A DNA stretch of 64,000 nt. Origin: an uncultured Verrucomicrobiae bacterium (GTDB taxonomy: Bacteria > Verrucomicrobiota > Verrucomicrobiia > Chthoniobacterales > Chthoniobacteraceae). The notes beneath the pieces are model-generated. The model was given only the letters and a program-made list of their open reading frames with translations. It did no database searches and was not told the origin of the DNA. The stretch is from assembly GCA_963769025.1 (NCBI GenBank), contig CAVYKI010000006.1, positions 416,001 to 480,000 on the forward strand. Direction: 5' to 3'. Position numbers and translations under genes: made by a program. Positions 1 to 9,845 of this stretch are shown in pieces. Within the stretch, counting starts at the first letter, position 1. Each line of letters begins with the position of its first letter.

Positions 1-249
1 GATGTGCACAACACGAGCGATGTGATCTTCCGCCTCTGCGCCAATACCGACCCGCAGCGCGACAGCATCTTCACCAAAGGCCCGTCCGACGTGCTCGACC
101 ACGCAACGAGTGAAATCGCCAGCGGCAGCAAACTCGGCATCGATGCGACGAAGAAATTGCCGGGCGAGGGCTTCAAGCGCGCGTGGCCGCCGCTCATCAA
201 GATGGATGCTGCGGTGAAGGCGAAGGTGGAAAAGCTTTTCGGTACGTAA
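1..249 (+). CDS. UbiD-family (menaquinone biosynthesis) decarboxylase, C-terminal fragment
   Basis: DPQRD..KGPSDVLDHA..GSKLGIDATKK..WP matches the UbiD C-terminus; ORF is open at the window edge. Confidence 0.85.
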   Translation, partial: DVHNTSDVIFRLCANTDPQRDSIFTKGPSDVLDHATSEIASGSKLGIDATKKLPGEGFKRAWPPLIKMDAAVKAKVEKLFGT

Positions 250-455
250 CCGCCGAGGTGGTGGAGGCTCAGGCCGAGTGAGCTTTCAACCCTTTTCACG
301 GCAGCCGGCCGCAATGCGGTCGCGGGCCTTGGCAGATGGGCACAATCGCGATCCCTCTGCCGCGCATTTTTTGTCCGCCGATCCTGCGTCCTTACGGGAA
401 CTGGTTCGTCTCAATGGGTGAACGGGCGAATCACAGACTGCCCGGCAACCAATAA

Positions 456-983
456 ATGCATATGGAAACACACATCATCGAATGGAAACGGCTCATCCGG
501 CACAGCCGCACCTGCGACCGCTGCGGCGACACGGGAAAGACCTTGCGCAAGGTCATCCGCGAATCGAATGCCGGGTGCGGCGCAAGGGGGGCGCGGTTTC
601 GCCTGAAAACCACCCGCCTGCCGGTGTCGCGAGTGGCGGAGTCGAACAGCATCCTCATCGACGGCCAACCGCTGGAGCAGATCGTGCCGGGTGTCGTGGT
701 GGCGGAAACGGAGTGCAACTCCTGCGGCGAATTGGCCGGCCGGCCCGCGCAATGTCGTGCGGTCACCGTGGACGGACGCACGCACGACGCCGTGCCCGCC
801 GAACTCATCCGCTCGGCGATCTGCCGGGTGGCAAATTGTTGCGGGGCGGATTGCGACTGCGGCTGCGGTTGCGGGGAATCGGGAGCGAAATCCCGTATGG
901 GGAAGGAGCGGGCGGACATCCCGCTGGGCCGCGACTTGAATCGGGCGCGCTCCGGGCGACCTTTGAAGCGGCAACGCTCATGA
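456..983 (+). CDS. DUF2703 domain protein with Cys-rich tail
   Basis: IEWKRL..TCDRCGDTG..ESNSILIDGQPLE..CNSC..CRAV..THDAVPAELIRSAI; tail CCGADCDCGCGC. Confidence 0.75.
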   Translation: MHMETHIIEWKRLIRHSRTCDRCGDTGKTLRKVIRESNAGCGARGARFRLKTTRLPVSRVAESNSILIDGQPLEQIVPGVVVAETECNSCGELAGRPAQCRAVTVDGRTHDAVPAELIRSAICRVANCCGADCDCGCGCGESGAKSRMGKERADIPLGRDLNRARSGRPLKRQRS

Positions 984-1573
984 AGCACGTGCTTGAACAA
1001 ATCTGGATCGAACTCGCGGACAAACTCCGCGGGTTCATCCGGCGTCGCATCTCGAACGACGCCGAGGCGGAGGACATCCTTCAGGACGTGTTCCTCAAAA
1101 TCGTGCGCCGTGCGGAGGATTTGCCCGCGCCGACGAAATTGCAGGGCTGGATTTTTCTCATCGCGCGCAACGCGATCATCGACCACTACCGCACGCGCAA
1201 GGAAACCGTCGCCGTGCCGGAAACGCTCGCCGCCGAGGCGGCCACCGCGCCGGAAGAGGCGGAAGGATTGAACGCGTCGCTGCGGCGGATGATCGGCAGC
1301 CTGCCCGAGCCTTATCGTGAGGCGATCCTGTTGACGGAGATCGAAGGCGTGCCGCAGGTGGCATTGGCGAGGCGGCTGGGCATCTCGGTGTCCGGTGCGA
1401 AATCCCGCGTGCAGCGTGGCCGGCGGATGCTCAAGAAGATGCTGCTCGACTGCTGCCAGTTCGAGTTCGATCGGCGTGGTGGAATCAACGAATGCGCGCC
1501 GCGCGGAATCGATTGCCCGGAATGCGGACCGGTGAAGCCCCGTGTTTCGGCATCGCACGTGGACGCGGCGTAA
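980..1573 (+). CDS. sigZ: ECF RNA polymerase sigma factor, SigZ-like
   Basis: KLRGFIRRRI..AEDILQDVFLK, WIFLIARNAIIDHYR, GISVSGAKSRVQRGR, LLDCCQFEFDRRG; ATGA overlap with the upstream gene. Confidence 0.85.
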   Translation: MKHVLEQIWIELADKLRGFIRRRISNDAEAEDILQDVFLKIVRRAEDLPAPTKLQGWIFLIARNAIIDHYRTRKETVAVPETLAAEAATAPEEAEGLNASLRRMIGSLPEPYREAILLTEIEGVPQVALARRLGISVSGAKSRVQRGRRMLKKMLLDCCQFEFDRRGGINECAPRGIDCPECGPVKPRVSASHVDAA

Positions 1574-1585
1574 GCGGCGCGCCCG

Positions 1586-2077
1586 TCAAGCGTTCGCCTT
1601 TTGCAGACGCGCCGCATCCGATCCGGGATGGGCGACGGACGCCTCCTTCGTGAGGTAGAATTCCTTCCCGCTAATCCACGCTTCGGCCGCATTTCCGTGG
1701 TCGTCGGTTGCAATGACCTTGATGTCATGCGGATTGCCCTCACCGGTGTAGACCGCCAGCGCTATCGGCGGATCGAATGCCACGTCATCAAACGAAGAGC
1801 TCCGGTAGCTGTAGGGGCGCGCGCTCTCGACCGGGCCATGATGATAGGATCCATGCCCGTCCGGCAAATGCCAGGCCACGAATCGCAACTGGCTATCCGG
1901 CTCAAAGTCCGCACCCTCGAGAAGCAAATCCATCCGGGGGCGGGCTTCAGTCACGTTTTTGCGGGCCCTCAAGCTCAGGCGGGGATGCTTTCCCTTGGAA
2001 AGTTCGTGGCCAGCAACGCCGGAAAACATTGCGAACATGATTCCGAACAACACCGCGATGCCAATGAAGATGCTCAT
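1586..2077 (-). CDS. hypothetical protein with N-terminal membrane anchor
   Basis: Hydrophobic N-terminus MSIFIGIAVLFGIMFAMFSG followed by a soluble domain; no family recognised. Confidence 0.5.
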   Translation of the reverse strand: MSIFIGIAVLFGIMFAMFSGVAGHELSKGKHPRLSLRARKNVTEARPRMDLLLEGADFEPDSQLRFVAWHLPDGHGSYHHGPVESARPYSYRSSSFDDVAFDPPIALAVYTGEGNPHDIKVIATDDHGNAAEAWISGKEFYLTKEASVAHPGSDAARLQKANA

Positions 2078-2369
2078 AACGGGAGGGTTTCCAAAGGGAG
2101 CTGACAAATCAACAAAACGCCCGCCTTTTCCCAATTGCAAGTCCGTTCCTTCCCAGAAACCGCGCCATCATCGACAGTCGCGCAGAACGCGATTGTGTCG
2201 AATCGGCGAGATCCGAAGACTTCATTGGGAACACCATGTTTCCGCGAACGAGGCGCACATCACTGCACGCTGAAGCACCGGCGGGCTTTGGCGAACGAAA
2301 TCGGGATGCTACAAATCTGGAAAAAGCGCCTGCGTGCCTGCCTGCCCATTTACCCCGTAAGATATGAAA

Positions 2370-2444
2370 TGGTGCGCGCTGCAGGGTTCGAACCTGCGAC
2401 TTCTTGCGTGTGAAGCAAGCGCTCTACCACTGAGCTAAGCGCGC
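2370..2444 (-). tRNA. tRNA-Val(CAC)
   Basis: Reverse complement GCGCGCTTAGCTCAGTGGTAGAGCG CTTGC-TTCACAC-GCAAG ..GGTTCGAACCC..AGCGCGCACCA; full cloverleaf with CCA. Confidence 0.97.
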
Positions 2445-2555
2445 GTTTCCCGGTTGCCGGAAAGAGTGTTTTCCGTCGCGGGAGGCGGAATAGAAGCGGT
2501 TTTTGCGGGGGAGGCCAGCGAATTTTCCACGCGCTCGGGCGTGGTGCGGCGGTGG

Positions 2556-2897
2556 CTACCAGATCACCGGTTTCACGATGCCGAGGTAGGCGTTGAGGCC
2601 GACGAGAATAAGGACGATGAGAATTTCGGCGACGAGCGGAGTCTTGAGTTTGCGAAAGAGGATCGGGAGCATCGCGATCAAGACCCAGATGACGGTTTTC
2701 ACGATGGCGAACTGCGGAAAACCGAGCCCAAGCTTCGCGAGCGAACCAAAACCGGAGACGATCATCACGAGGAGCCCGATGCCCTGTGCGATGGCAAAGG
2801 CTTTCCGCCTTTCGCCACCGGCCAATCTGCCCCCGGTGCCGAGGGCGAGCAGCGCGATTCCGGTGATGTGGATGATTTTGTAAGTGAGGGGGTCCAT
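2556..2897 (-). CDS. small four-TM membrane protein (SirB2-like)
   Basis: YKIIHITGIALL..GIGLLVMIVSGFG..KTVIWVLI..YLGIVKP pattern. Confidence 0.65.
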   Translation of the reverse strand: MDPLTYKIIHITGIALLALGTGGRLAGGERRKAFAIAQGIGLLVMIVSGFGSLAKLGLGFPQFAIVKTVIWVLIAMLPILFRKLKTPLVAEILIVLILVGLNAYLGIVKPVIW

Positions 2898-2963
2898 GGG
2901 AATGAATGGTGTGAGCCCAGAAACCACCGCGACGCGCGGGATGCAAGAGCGCAGCGGGTGCGC

Positions 2964-4148
2964 TCAGCGCTTCGGCGCGAATTCGGCTGCGGCTTTCTGG
3001 AATGCGGGCTGGATCTTTTTTCCCTCGTCGCCGTTCGGGTAGCCGGCGTGCTGGACGAGGAAGAGAGTGATGATGCCCGTGCCCGGATACACCTGCATGC
3101 TGGTGGAATACGCGCCGCCGTGGCCGAAGGGGCCGCCGGGGCTTTTGTCCGTCGCCCAGCCGAGGCCGTAGCTGTTGGCCAGATTGCCGGTTTGCCGGGA
3201 GGACATCGCGCGCAGGGACTTTTCGGAGAGGTATCGTTTGCCGTCGAGTTCGCCCCCGCGGAGGATCATCTGGCAAAAGCGGGTGAGGTCTGCAGCGGTG
3301 GAAAAGAGGCCGCCGCCGGGCATCGGCTCGCGGCTGGGATCGTCGAGCGGGTACTTGAGCTGCGTGATCGGCGTCTCCTCGAGGCCGGTTTTTGCGGCGT
3401 CGGGTCTGTAGGATTTTGCGATGCGCGCGATTTGCGCAGCGTTCGGCGTGAAGGTGGTGTCCTTCATCCCCAGCGGCGTGAAGAGCCGCTCCTGCAGGAA
3501 GCGCTCGTAGCTGATGCCGCTGATCACTTCGATGATGCGCCCGGCGGTGTTGATGCCGGCGTTGGAATACTGGTACTTGCTGTCGGGCTCGAATTGCAGA
3601 GGGAGCATCGCGTAGCTCTGCACGCGTGTGGCGAGCGGCAGCAAATCGAGCGTGGGTGTCTCGATCGGCGATTTGAAAGGCATCCCGCTCGTGTGGCTGA
3701 GGATGTTGCGGATCGTGATGGGATGGACGGGCGCCTTCAGCACCACGTGTTGAGCGTCCTGCTCGGCTTGGATTCGCTGGCCCTTGAATTCCGGCAGATA
3801 TTTTTCCACCGGGTCGTCGATGGACACCTTGCCTTCGTCCACGAGCATCATGACCGCGGTGGCGGTGATCGGCTTCGACATCGAGGCGATCCAGAAAATC
3901 GCGTCTTTCGTCATGGGTTTTTTTGCGGCGATGTCTGCAAAGCCGACGGTGTCCAGCGCCAGAATCCTGTCCTTATCCGCGACGAGCGTGACCGCACCGG
4001 CGAGGGTGTGGCTGTCCACGAATGGCTGCAGCACCGCCGCGATGGAAGGCGGCTCCTCGGCGGAGATCCGGACGGGGAACGTGACGCCGAGGAGTGTTGC
4101 GGCGATGGCGGCTGCGAGGAGCGTGCGGCGGGGAAAGGGCATTTGCAT
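2964..4148 (-). CDS. secreted serine hydrolase, beta-lactamase class C/AmpC-like
   Basis: SxxK (IASMSK), YSN and HGG motifs, LSHTSG; N-terminal signal peptide. Confidence 0.9.
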   Translation of the reverse strand: MQMPFPRRTLLAAAIAATLLGVTFPVRISAEEPPSIAAVLQPFVDSHTLAGAVTLVADKDRILALDTVGFADIAAKKPMTKDAIFWIASMSKPITATAVMMLVDEGKVSIDDPVEKYLPEFKGQRIQAEQDAQHVVLKAPVHPITIRNILSHTSGMPFKSPIETPTLDLLPLATRVQSYAMLPLQFEPDSKYQYSNAGINTAGRIIEVISGISYERFLQERLFTPLGMKDTTFTPNAAQIARIAKSYRPDAAKTGLEETPITQLKYPLDDPSREPMPGGGLFSTAADLTRFCQMILRGGELDGKRYLSEKSLRAMSSRQTGNLANSYGLGWATDKSPGGPFGHGGAYSTSMQVYPGTGIITLFLVQHAGYPNGDEGKKIQPAFQKAAAEFAPKR

Positions 4149-4245
4149 GAGAGGCGTATTCGCAGGAGCATTTCGCCGGGTCAATGCGCGCGCCTGCGGT
4201 GCGCGGGCTTGCCGCGGCCATGCGGGTGCGCTTCCCTCCCAGGAA

Positions 4246-5094
4246 GTGTACCCGGCTTTGCATGTTGATCTGGACGGTGCGTGGTCGCGAGATGCCGCGA
4301 CCGGGGCGGAGTATCTCGATGCGCGGAAGTGGGGGCCGCGGCTCCGCTATTCGGCGCCGCGCGCGGAAATGGAGCGCTTTTACGAGGAGCTGAAGCCGCG
4401 CCTCGCGCCGTTCACGCTGTACGGCTCGGGAGAGTTTCACCATTTGAGCGGGCTGTGGCTCCGGCAGTTTTCCGATCCGGTCGTCCTCGTTTCATTCGAC
4501 AATCATCCGGATTGGGACGTGCGTCCGCCGCACTGGGGCTGCGGCGGCTGGGTCAACCGTGCCTTGGAACTCCCTCACGTGCGGTCGGCATCGGTGTGGG
4601 GATGCGGGAATTTCGAGCTGAACCCGCCGCATCGCTGGTTTGCGAATCACCGCGCGGTCCGCGATGGGAAGCTGGTGGTCCGCGCGTGGAAGGAGCGGAT
4701 GAGCGAGAGCGTGCGCAAAAAGTGGCCGGTGATTTCGAGGGACGGCTGGCGGGAGCAGTTCACGGCCTTCGCCGCGAAGCTCGGTGGCAGAAAGGTGTAC
4801 GTGACGATCGACACCGACTGCCTGCAAAACGAGGAAGCGGTGACAAATTGGGAGCAGGGCCTTTTCACCGCGGCGGACATCGCATCCGCGCTGGCGATCC
4901 TGCGCACGAGCGGGGCGCGCATCGTCGGCGGCGATGTCTGCGGAGCATGGTCGCAGCCCGAGTACGCGAGGTGGAAGCAGAAGTTCGCCGCGAACTTTGA
5001 CCGCCCGAAGCTCCCTCCGGTCGAACCTTCGCGCGCGCGCGAAGTGAATGCCCGCTCGCTCGCGATCCTCTGGCCTGCGCTGACCGGACAGTAG
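4246..5094 (+). CDS. arginase/ureohydrolase-fold protein
   Basis: GSGEFHH, FDNHPDW, YVTIDTDCL, TNWEQG, GGDVCG; GTG start inferred. Confidence 0.75.
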   Translation: MYPALHVDLDGAWSRDAATGAEYLDARKWGPRLRYSAPRAEMERFYEELKPRLAPFTLYGSGEFHHLSGLWLRQFSDPVVLVSFDNHPDWDVRPPHWGCGGWVNRALELPHVRSASVWGCGNFELNPPHRWFANHRAVRDGKLVVRAWKERMSESVRKKWPVISRDGWREQFTAFAAKLGGRKVYVTIDTDCLQNEEAVTNWEQGLFTAADIASALAILRTSGARIVGGDVCGAWSQPEYARWKQKFAANFDRPKLPPVEPSRAREVNARSLAILWPALTGQ

Positions 5095-5108
5095 GCGCGT
5101 CGGGGCTG

Positions 5109-5441
5109 TCAGGAGGAGGCGAGCATGATGCCGGCGCAGATGAGCGCGACACCGCACACGAGCCGGACCGTGACCCGCTCCTTCAGGAAAATCGCGGCCG
5201 CTCCGACGAGGAACACCCGCTCCAGCCCCTCGAACGGATACAGCGTGCTGAGCGGAAAGCGCGACAGCATCGCAAGCCACAGGAAAAAGCTCAGCGCCAT
5301 GGCGCCCACGCCGATGGCGAGCATGGGGAAGCGGCCGCGGCGCGTGTGGCCGGTCTCGTCCATCGCGAGCTTGAAAAAAACCTGGCCGCCCACCTGCAGG
5401 GCGACGGAGAGGATGATGAGCGCGACGGCGGCAGCCTTCAT
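5109..5441 (-). CDS. SMR/EamA-type small transporter (ArnE/ArnF-like)
   Basis: ~110 aa, four TM helices, GQVFFKLAM..LSRFPLSTLYP..FLKERVT. Confidence 0.8.
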   Translation of the reverse strand: MKAAAVALIILSVALQVGGQVFFKLAMDETGHTRRGRFPMLAIGVGAMALSFFLWLAMLSRFPLSTLYPFEGLERVFLVGAAAIFLKERVTVRLVCGVALICAGIMLASS

Positions 5442-5827
5442 CGATGCTCCTCGGATTCCACGTGCGCGCACGTCTGAGCAGTGAGCATCACGCCGATGAA
5501 CACGAGCGAGATTCCCAGCCACTGGCGTCCGCTGATGTCTTCGCTGAGCACCAGCCACGAGCCGACCGGCACGAGCACGTGGAGCAGGCCGGAGAGATTG
5601 TAGGCGACATTCAGCTCGATGTGGCGCAACGCGTTCAGCCAGTACACGAGGCTGGCGATGGTGGCGATGATGCCGAGCCAGACCCATCCGGAGGCGAGCT
5701 GCGTGACATCCACCCAGGACTCCGCGACGTGCGAGTTCGCGCCGAGTTTCAGCATGACCTGCGAGACCGCGGCGAGGATCACGCTGATGAACACCTGCGC
5801 CGTCGGGCTCGACAGGCGCGCCCTCAG
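5438..5827 (-). CDS. SMR/EamA-type small transporter, partner subunit (start uncertain)
   Basis: SQVMLKLG..WLNALRHIELNVAY..LSEDISGRQWLGI; overlaps both neighbours. Confidence 0.75.
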   Translation of the reverse strand: MRARLSSPTAQVFISVILAAVSQVMLKLGANSHVAESWVDVTQLASGWVWLGIIATIASLVYWLNALRHIELNVAYNLSGLLHVLVPVGSWLVLSEDISGRQWLGISLVFIGVMLTAQTCAHVESEEHR

Positions 5828-7032
5828 AGTTCGTGGGCGTTGGGGAATTTTTGGATCCCCTTGTCGTGCCGCGCCGGCTGGAGGTAGCGGAGTGCGATCC
5901 GGAAGATTGGGTTGATCAGGCGGGACGTGTGCCATGCGTAGAGGTCGAGCGGAGCGAGCTCCATCCGCAGATGGAACTTCGGGTCATAATTGAGCGGTGC
6001 CGTGTAGTAGTGTTTCAGCCCATTGTCCAACGCCCACTGCACCACGTCTCGCCAGGTGACGAAGTACAGGTGCAGGTCGAGCGCGACCGAGTAGTCGAGC
6101 CCGACGTTCATGTCGTGGATCGTGTCGCCGTGGACGATGCACAGCGCAAAGGCGATGATCTTCCCGTTTTGCCGCCACAGAAAATAACGCGCACACTCCG
6201 GCATCTCACGGCCGATGCGGACGAGGAAGTCCTTCGTCAGTTCCTCGAAGCGGAACTCCGAGCGCTGGAACGTCTGCGCGTAGAGCGGATGAATCTCGTC
6301 GGCCACGTGCGACACATCGGTGACCACCTCCATCGAGATCGGCGGCTGCGCTGCGAGCTTCTTGAATTTCCGCCGGAGGTTCTTGCGAAAGGAGTAACTC
6401 ACCCGCTCCTGCAAAAATTCCTCGAAGCTCGCGAAGTCCAGCTTCATGCCGCACGCCGGCATGCTCGGCGCCCGGCTGTAGCCCCGCGAGAGAAGCGGCT
6501 TCAGCGCCTCGCGGTAGCGGGAAGGGTAATCCTTCAGCAGGACGATGGAGACCTTCGAGCTGCGCGCAAATGCCGCGAGCGCCTCGCCCAGCGCATCCAC
6601 CGCCCACGGCTGCGTGCTGTCGAGCGAGCCTTCGCTGGCCGAGCAGCCGAGCATCAGCATGCGGAGCTGCAGCCAGCCAGGAAACATCTTCCGCGGCCAG
6701 TTGAGCATCGCGCGGAGCTTGCCGGGCATGCCAGCGGTGAGATCCTGCCGGACGAAGAAAAGCTGCTGCATCGCGACTTCGCCGGTCGCGGCATTTTCGA
6801 GGAAGAGATAGCGGTGATCGAACTGCGTCGCGAGTGTCTCCGCGGCGATGCGGTGGTAACGGTGATCCTTCGCATGCCCATTGAACGCGCGCTCCCAGCG
6901 CGCGAGGTCGTCGCCGTTGAGCGCGGACACGATGCGCGCCTTTCCCGACGACGTGGCGAACTCGAACGGCGTCGCAGCCGCAGTGCTGCGGGTGGAAATG
7001 CCGGCGCTCGCCGCCGGTGCGGAGCTTTCCAT
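5824..7032 (-). CDS. GNAT/FemAB-like acyltransferase
   Basis: VLLKDYP, FASFEEFL..RKNLRRK, GKIIAFALC..VGLDY..HLYFVTWRDVVQWAL..YDPKFHL. Confidence 0.8.
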   Translation of the reverse strand: MESSAPAASAGISTRSTAAATPFEFATSSGKARIVSALNGDDLARWERAFNGHAKDHRYHRIAAETLATQFDHRYLFLENAATGEVAMQQLFFVRQDLTAGMPGKLRAMLNWPRKMFPGWLQLRMLMLGCSASEGSLDSTQPWAVDALGEALAAFARSSKVSIVLLKDYPSRYREALKPLLSRGYSRAPSMPACGMKLDFASFEEFLQERVSYSFRKNLRRKFKKLAAQPPISMEVVTDVSHVADEIHPLYAQTFQRSEFRFEELTKDFLVRIGREMPECARYFLWRQNGKIIAFALCIVHGDTIHDMNVGLDYSVALDLHLYFVTWRDVVQWALDNGLKHYYTAPLNYDPKFHLRMELAPLDLYAWHTSRLINPIFRIALRYLQPARHDKGIQKFPNAHEL

Positions 7033-7180
7033 TACCTGCGCTTCCCCCGTCGTTCGTCCGCAGCGCGATGCCGGTCCGCGCAATGCGGTGCGGAGTTCCG
7101 CTGGAATGATGGTTCAAAAAGCACGCGCGGAGTTTTCGGAAAGTCCGCCGCACTTCGAGCTTTTTGTCGCGACGGGCGCT

Positions 7181-8158
7181 TCACGCCATCGGTGGTGGAT
7201 CTCCGTGGGCGGGTTGATCCGGACGGGCGATGAGCAGCAGGTTCGCGACGAGGATCAGCCCGCCGCCTGCGAAGAGTTGCCATGACAGACGTTCATTTGC
7301 GTAAGCGATCCCGGCGAAGCCGGAAAACCAGCCGGGGAGGAAGAGCGCCCACGCGGAGGCGAACACCGGTTCCGTCGCGTAGATGAGCCCGGCCTGCGTG
7401 GCGGTCACGCGCGGCTGCCAGTGCGTCATCGTGTAATACGAATACACCGTGCAGACGACTGCGAGCAGCGTGGTCAGCGCGAGCACGCCTGTGGACATGT
7501 AGATTTGCGCCGCGCCTGCCGTCCCACCGGCCATGACGAATGCGGCGAGCAGCGCGCCTTTCACCGCAAACATCACGGTGGTCGTGCGGCCGGAGTCGTT
7601 CACGTGGAAGCGCGAGCGCTCGAGGCAAAGGATTTGCCCGGTGAAAAGCGCGGCGCTCAGGATGGTTTCCCATTCGCCGCGGCCGAGGTGGATGGAGCCG
7701 AATTCCACGCCGCTCAGCACGGCGCATCCAGCCATCACAAGCATGCACGCGGTGATGACGAGCACCGACGGCATCCGGCGCGAACGCAGCGCCACGGTGA
7801 GAGGCACGAAGATGCACGTGAACTGCGTGAAGAACGCCGACGTGCTGGCAGCGATGTAGTTTTGCGCGTCGGTCTGCAGCAGCATGCCGAGTCCGCCGAA
7901 GAGGCCGAGCTCGAGGCCCTGGCGCAGTTCCAGCCGCGTGAACCCGCGCCGCCGCGCGCCGATCAGCGCGAGCATGATCAGCGTCGCGAGCGCCATGCGG
8001 TTGAAAAGGATGAGAGCGGCGTTAAACCACTCCGCATGTCCCGGCGCTGCCGAAGCCTGCGCCTGCATCACGGCCTTCGCCGTCGGGAAGCTCAGTCCCC
8101 ACGCTGCGGTCGAGAGCGTCAGCCGCCAGATGGCTGCCCGCGTCACGGCGCGGCTCAT
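7181..8158 (-). CDS. DMT (EamA) family transporter
   Basis: [32 protein letters not shown]; about ten TM helices. Confidence 0.85.
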   Translation of the reverse strand: MSRAVTRAAIWRLTLSTAAWGLSFPTAKAVMQAQASAAPGHAEWFNAALILFNRMALATLIMLALIGARRRGFTRLELRQGLELGLFGGLGMLLQTDAQNYIAASTSAFFTQFTCIFVPLTVALRSRRMPSVLVITACMLVMAGCAVLSGVEFGSIHLGRGEWETILSAALFTGQILCLERSRFHVNDSGRTTTVMFAVKGALLAAFVMAGGTAGAAQIYMSTGVLALTTLLAVVCTVYSYYTMTHWQPRVTATQAGLIYATEPVFASAWALFLPGWFSGFAGIAYANERLSWQLFAGGGLILVANLLLIARPDQPAHGDPPPMA

Positions 8159-9033
8159 CGGCCGATCCTTTGCGCGGCGAGGACGGTGTTGTGCATGAGC
8201 ATCGCGATCGTCATCGGGCCGACGCCACCGGGCACGGGCGTGATGGCGCTGCACTTTGGCGCGACCTCGGCGAAGGCGACGTCGCCCACGAGCCGCGAGC
8301 CTTTCGGGGCGGCGGGATCGCTGATGCGGTTGATGCCGACATCGATCACCACCGCGCCTTCGCGGACAAAGTTCGCCTTCACGAATTCCGGCTGACCGAT
8401 GGCCGCGATGAGGATGTCCGCGCTGCTGCACACCTCGGCGAGATTGCGAGTCCGCGAATGGGCGACGGTCACGGTGGCGTCGCCGCCGCGGCCCTTGTTC
8501 ATGAGCAGCAGCGCCAGCGGTTTCCCGACGATCATGCTGCGGCCGAGGACGACGACATTCGCGCCCGCGGTCTCGATCCCGCTCTCGATGAGCAGCCGCT
8601 GGCAGCCGAGCGGCGTGCAGGGGACAAAGGCGTCCGCATCGCCGAGCGCGAGCTTCGCGACGTTGATGGGATGGAAGCCGTCCACGTCCTTTCGCGGGTC
8701 GAGCGCCTCGACGATGGCGCGCTCGTCGATGTGCTTCGGCGGCGGCGACTGGACGAGGATGCCGTGGATGGCCGGGTCGGCGTTCAGCGCGCGCACGATT
8801 TCGAGGAGCTGCGCCTGCGTCGTCTCGCGCGGAAGATCGTGCTTCACGCTGTGCATGCCGAGTTCGCGCGAGGTCCTTTCCTTGCTGCGGACGTAGGCGT
8901 GCGAAGCGGGATCATCGCCGACGACCACGACCGCGAGCCCCGGCTGGATGCCGCGCGCAGCGAGTTCCGCGACTGCGGTGCGCGTCTGTTCGTTGATGCG
9001 TTGTGCGATTGCCTTGCCGTCGATCAAAGTCAT
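8155..9033 (-). CDS. folD: methylenetetrahydrofolate dehydrogenase/cyclohydrolase
   Basis: [43 protein letters not shown]. Confidence 0.97.
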   Translation of the reverse strand: MTLIDGKAIAQRINEQTRTAVAELAARGIQPGLAVVVVGDDPASHAYVRSKERTSRELGMHSVKHDLPRETTQAQLLEIVRALNADPAIHGILVQSPPPKHIDERAIVEALDPRKDVDGFHPINVAKLALGDADAFVPCTPLGCQRLLIESGIETAGANVVVLGRSMIVGKPLALLLMNKGRGGDATVTVAHSRTRNLAEVCSSADILIAAIGQPEFVKANFVREGAVVIDVGINRISDPAAPKGSRLVGDVAFAEVAPKCSAITPVPGGVGPMTIAMLMHNTVLAAQRIGR

Positions 9034-9090
9034 GCGTTCACGAGTGGCGGGGGGCGCGGCGCGAGGCAAGCGCGAAGGGGCGCGACGCGC

Positions 9091-9739
9091 TCAATCCCTG
9101 CCCATCACCGCAGCGAGGCGCGCGGTTTCCGCCTCGAGTGAGGCTGCGCCGTCCGCGATTTCGAGCGGCGGGAGGAAGGTGAGCCTCACTCTTGCGAATG
9201 GCTTCGGAATCCACAGCGCGTCCCACTTTTTCCCGATCCGCCAGAAGCGATCCATTTCCACCGCCACCGGCACGATGCGAACGTCCGCGTGGCCGGCGAG
9301 ATGGATGATGCCGGGTGCGATGTGGTAGTTCGGACCTCGCGGACCGTCGGGCGTGATCACGATGTCGTTGCCTTCGCTGACGGCGCGGGAGAGTTCCAGC
9401 AGGGCTGCCGCGCCGCGCCGCGAACTCGATCCCCGCACATTGCCCAGCGTGAAGCGCCGTGCCATCGCCGCGAGCCAGCCGCCGTCCTTGCTCGCGCTCG
9501 TGAGCACTTTCACAGGGTGGCAACGCTGCATCGCGCGCCAGTCGGCGAGGATGGAGCCGAGCAGGCGGTTGTGCCAGATGCAGAGGATGACCGGCTTGCG
9601 CGTCCGGTCGTAGAAAGTGCCGTTGTCCTCCCATTTCACGCGCAGCGTCCAGCGCGAGCAGCTTCAGCAGCGACCCGGCGACGAAGGACGCGAGCGTCTG
9701 CAGGAACGTGATTTTGTGGGCGTGGACGGGCTTGGACAC
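9091..9739 (-). CDS. DUF374 lysophospholipid acyltransferase family protein (one apparent frameshift near 9650)
   Basis: WHNRLL, SASKDG, VRGSSSRRG, TPDGPRGP, WD..IPKPF; the N-terminus lies in another frame. Confidence 0.8.
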
Positions 9740-9845
9740 GGATGGAAATTTCTGACGCCAGCCGCCGGCATTTCTCGCGCTGCGACTGATGACTGGCCAC
9801 TGCTTATCGAATGCTGTTCACTCCCCGCCACTCCAAAAGCCGCGC

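Noticed and set aside
1586..2444. Integrative island at tRNA-Val
   Set aside because: No integrase and no duplicated tRNA 3' end were found.
2964..4148. Serine hydrolase as an antibiotic-resistance beta-lactamase
   Set aside because: It has HGG rather than KTG, so it belongs to the broad esterase/peptidase branch; resistance cannot be claimed.
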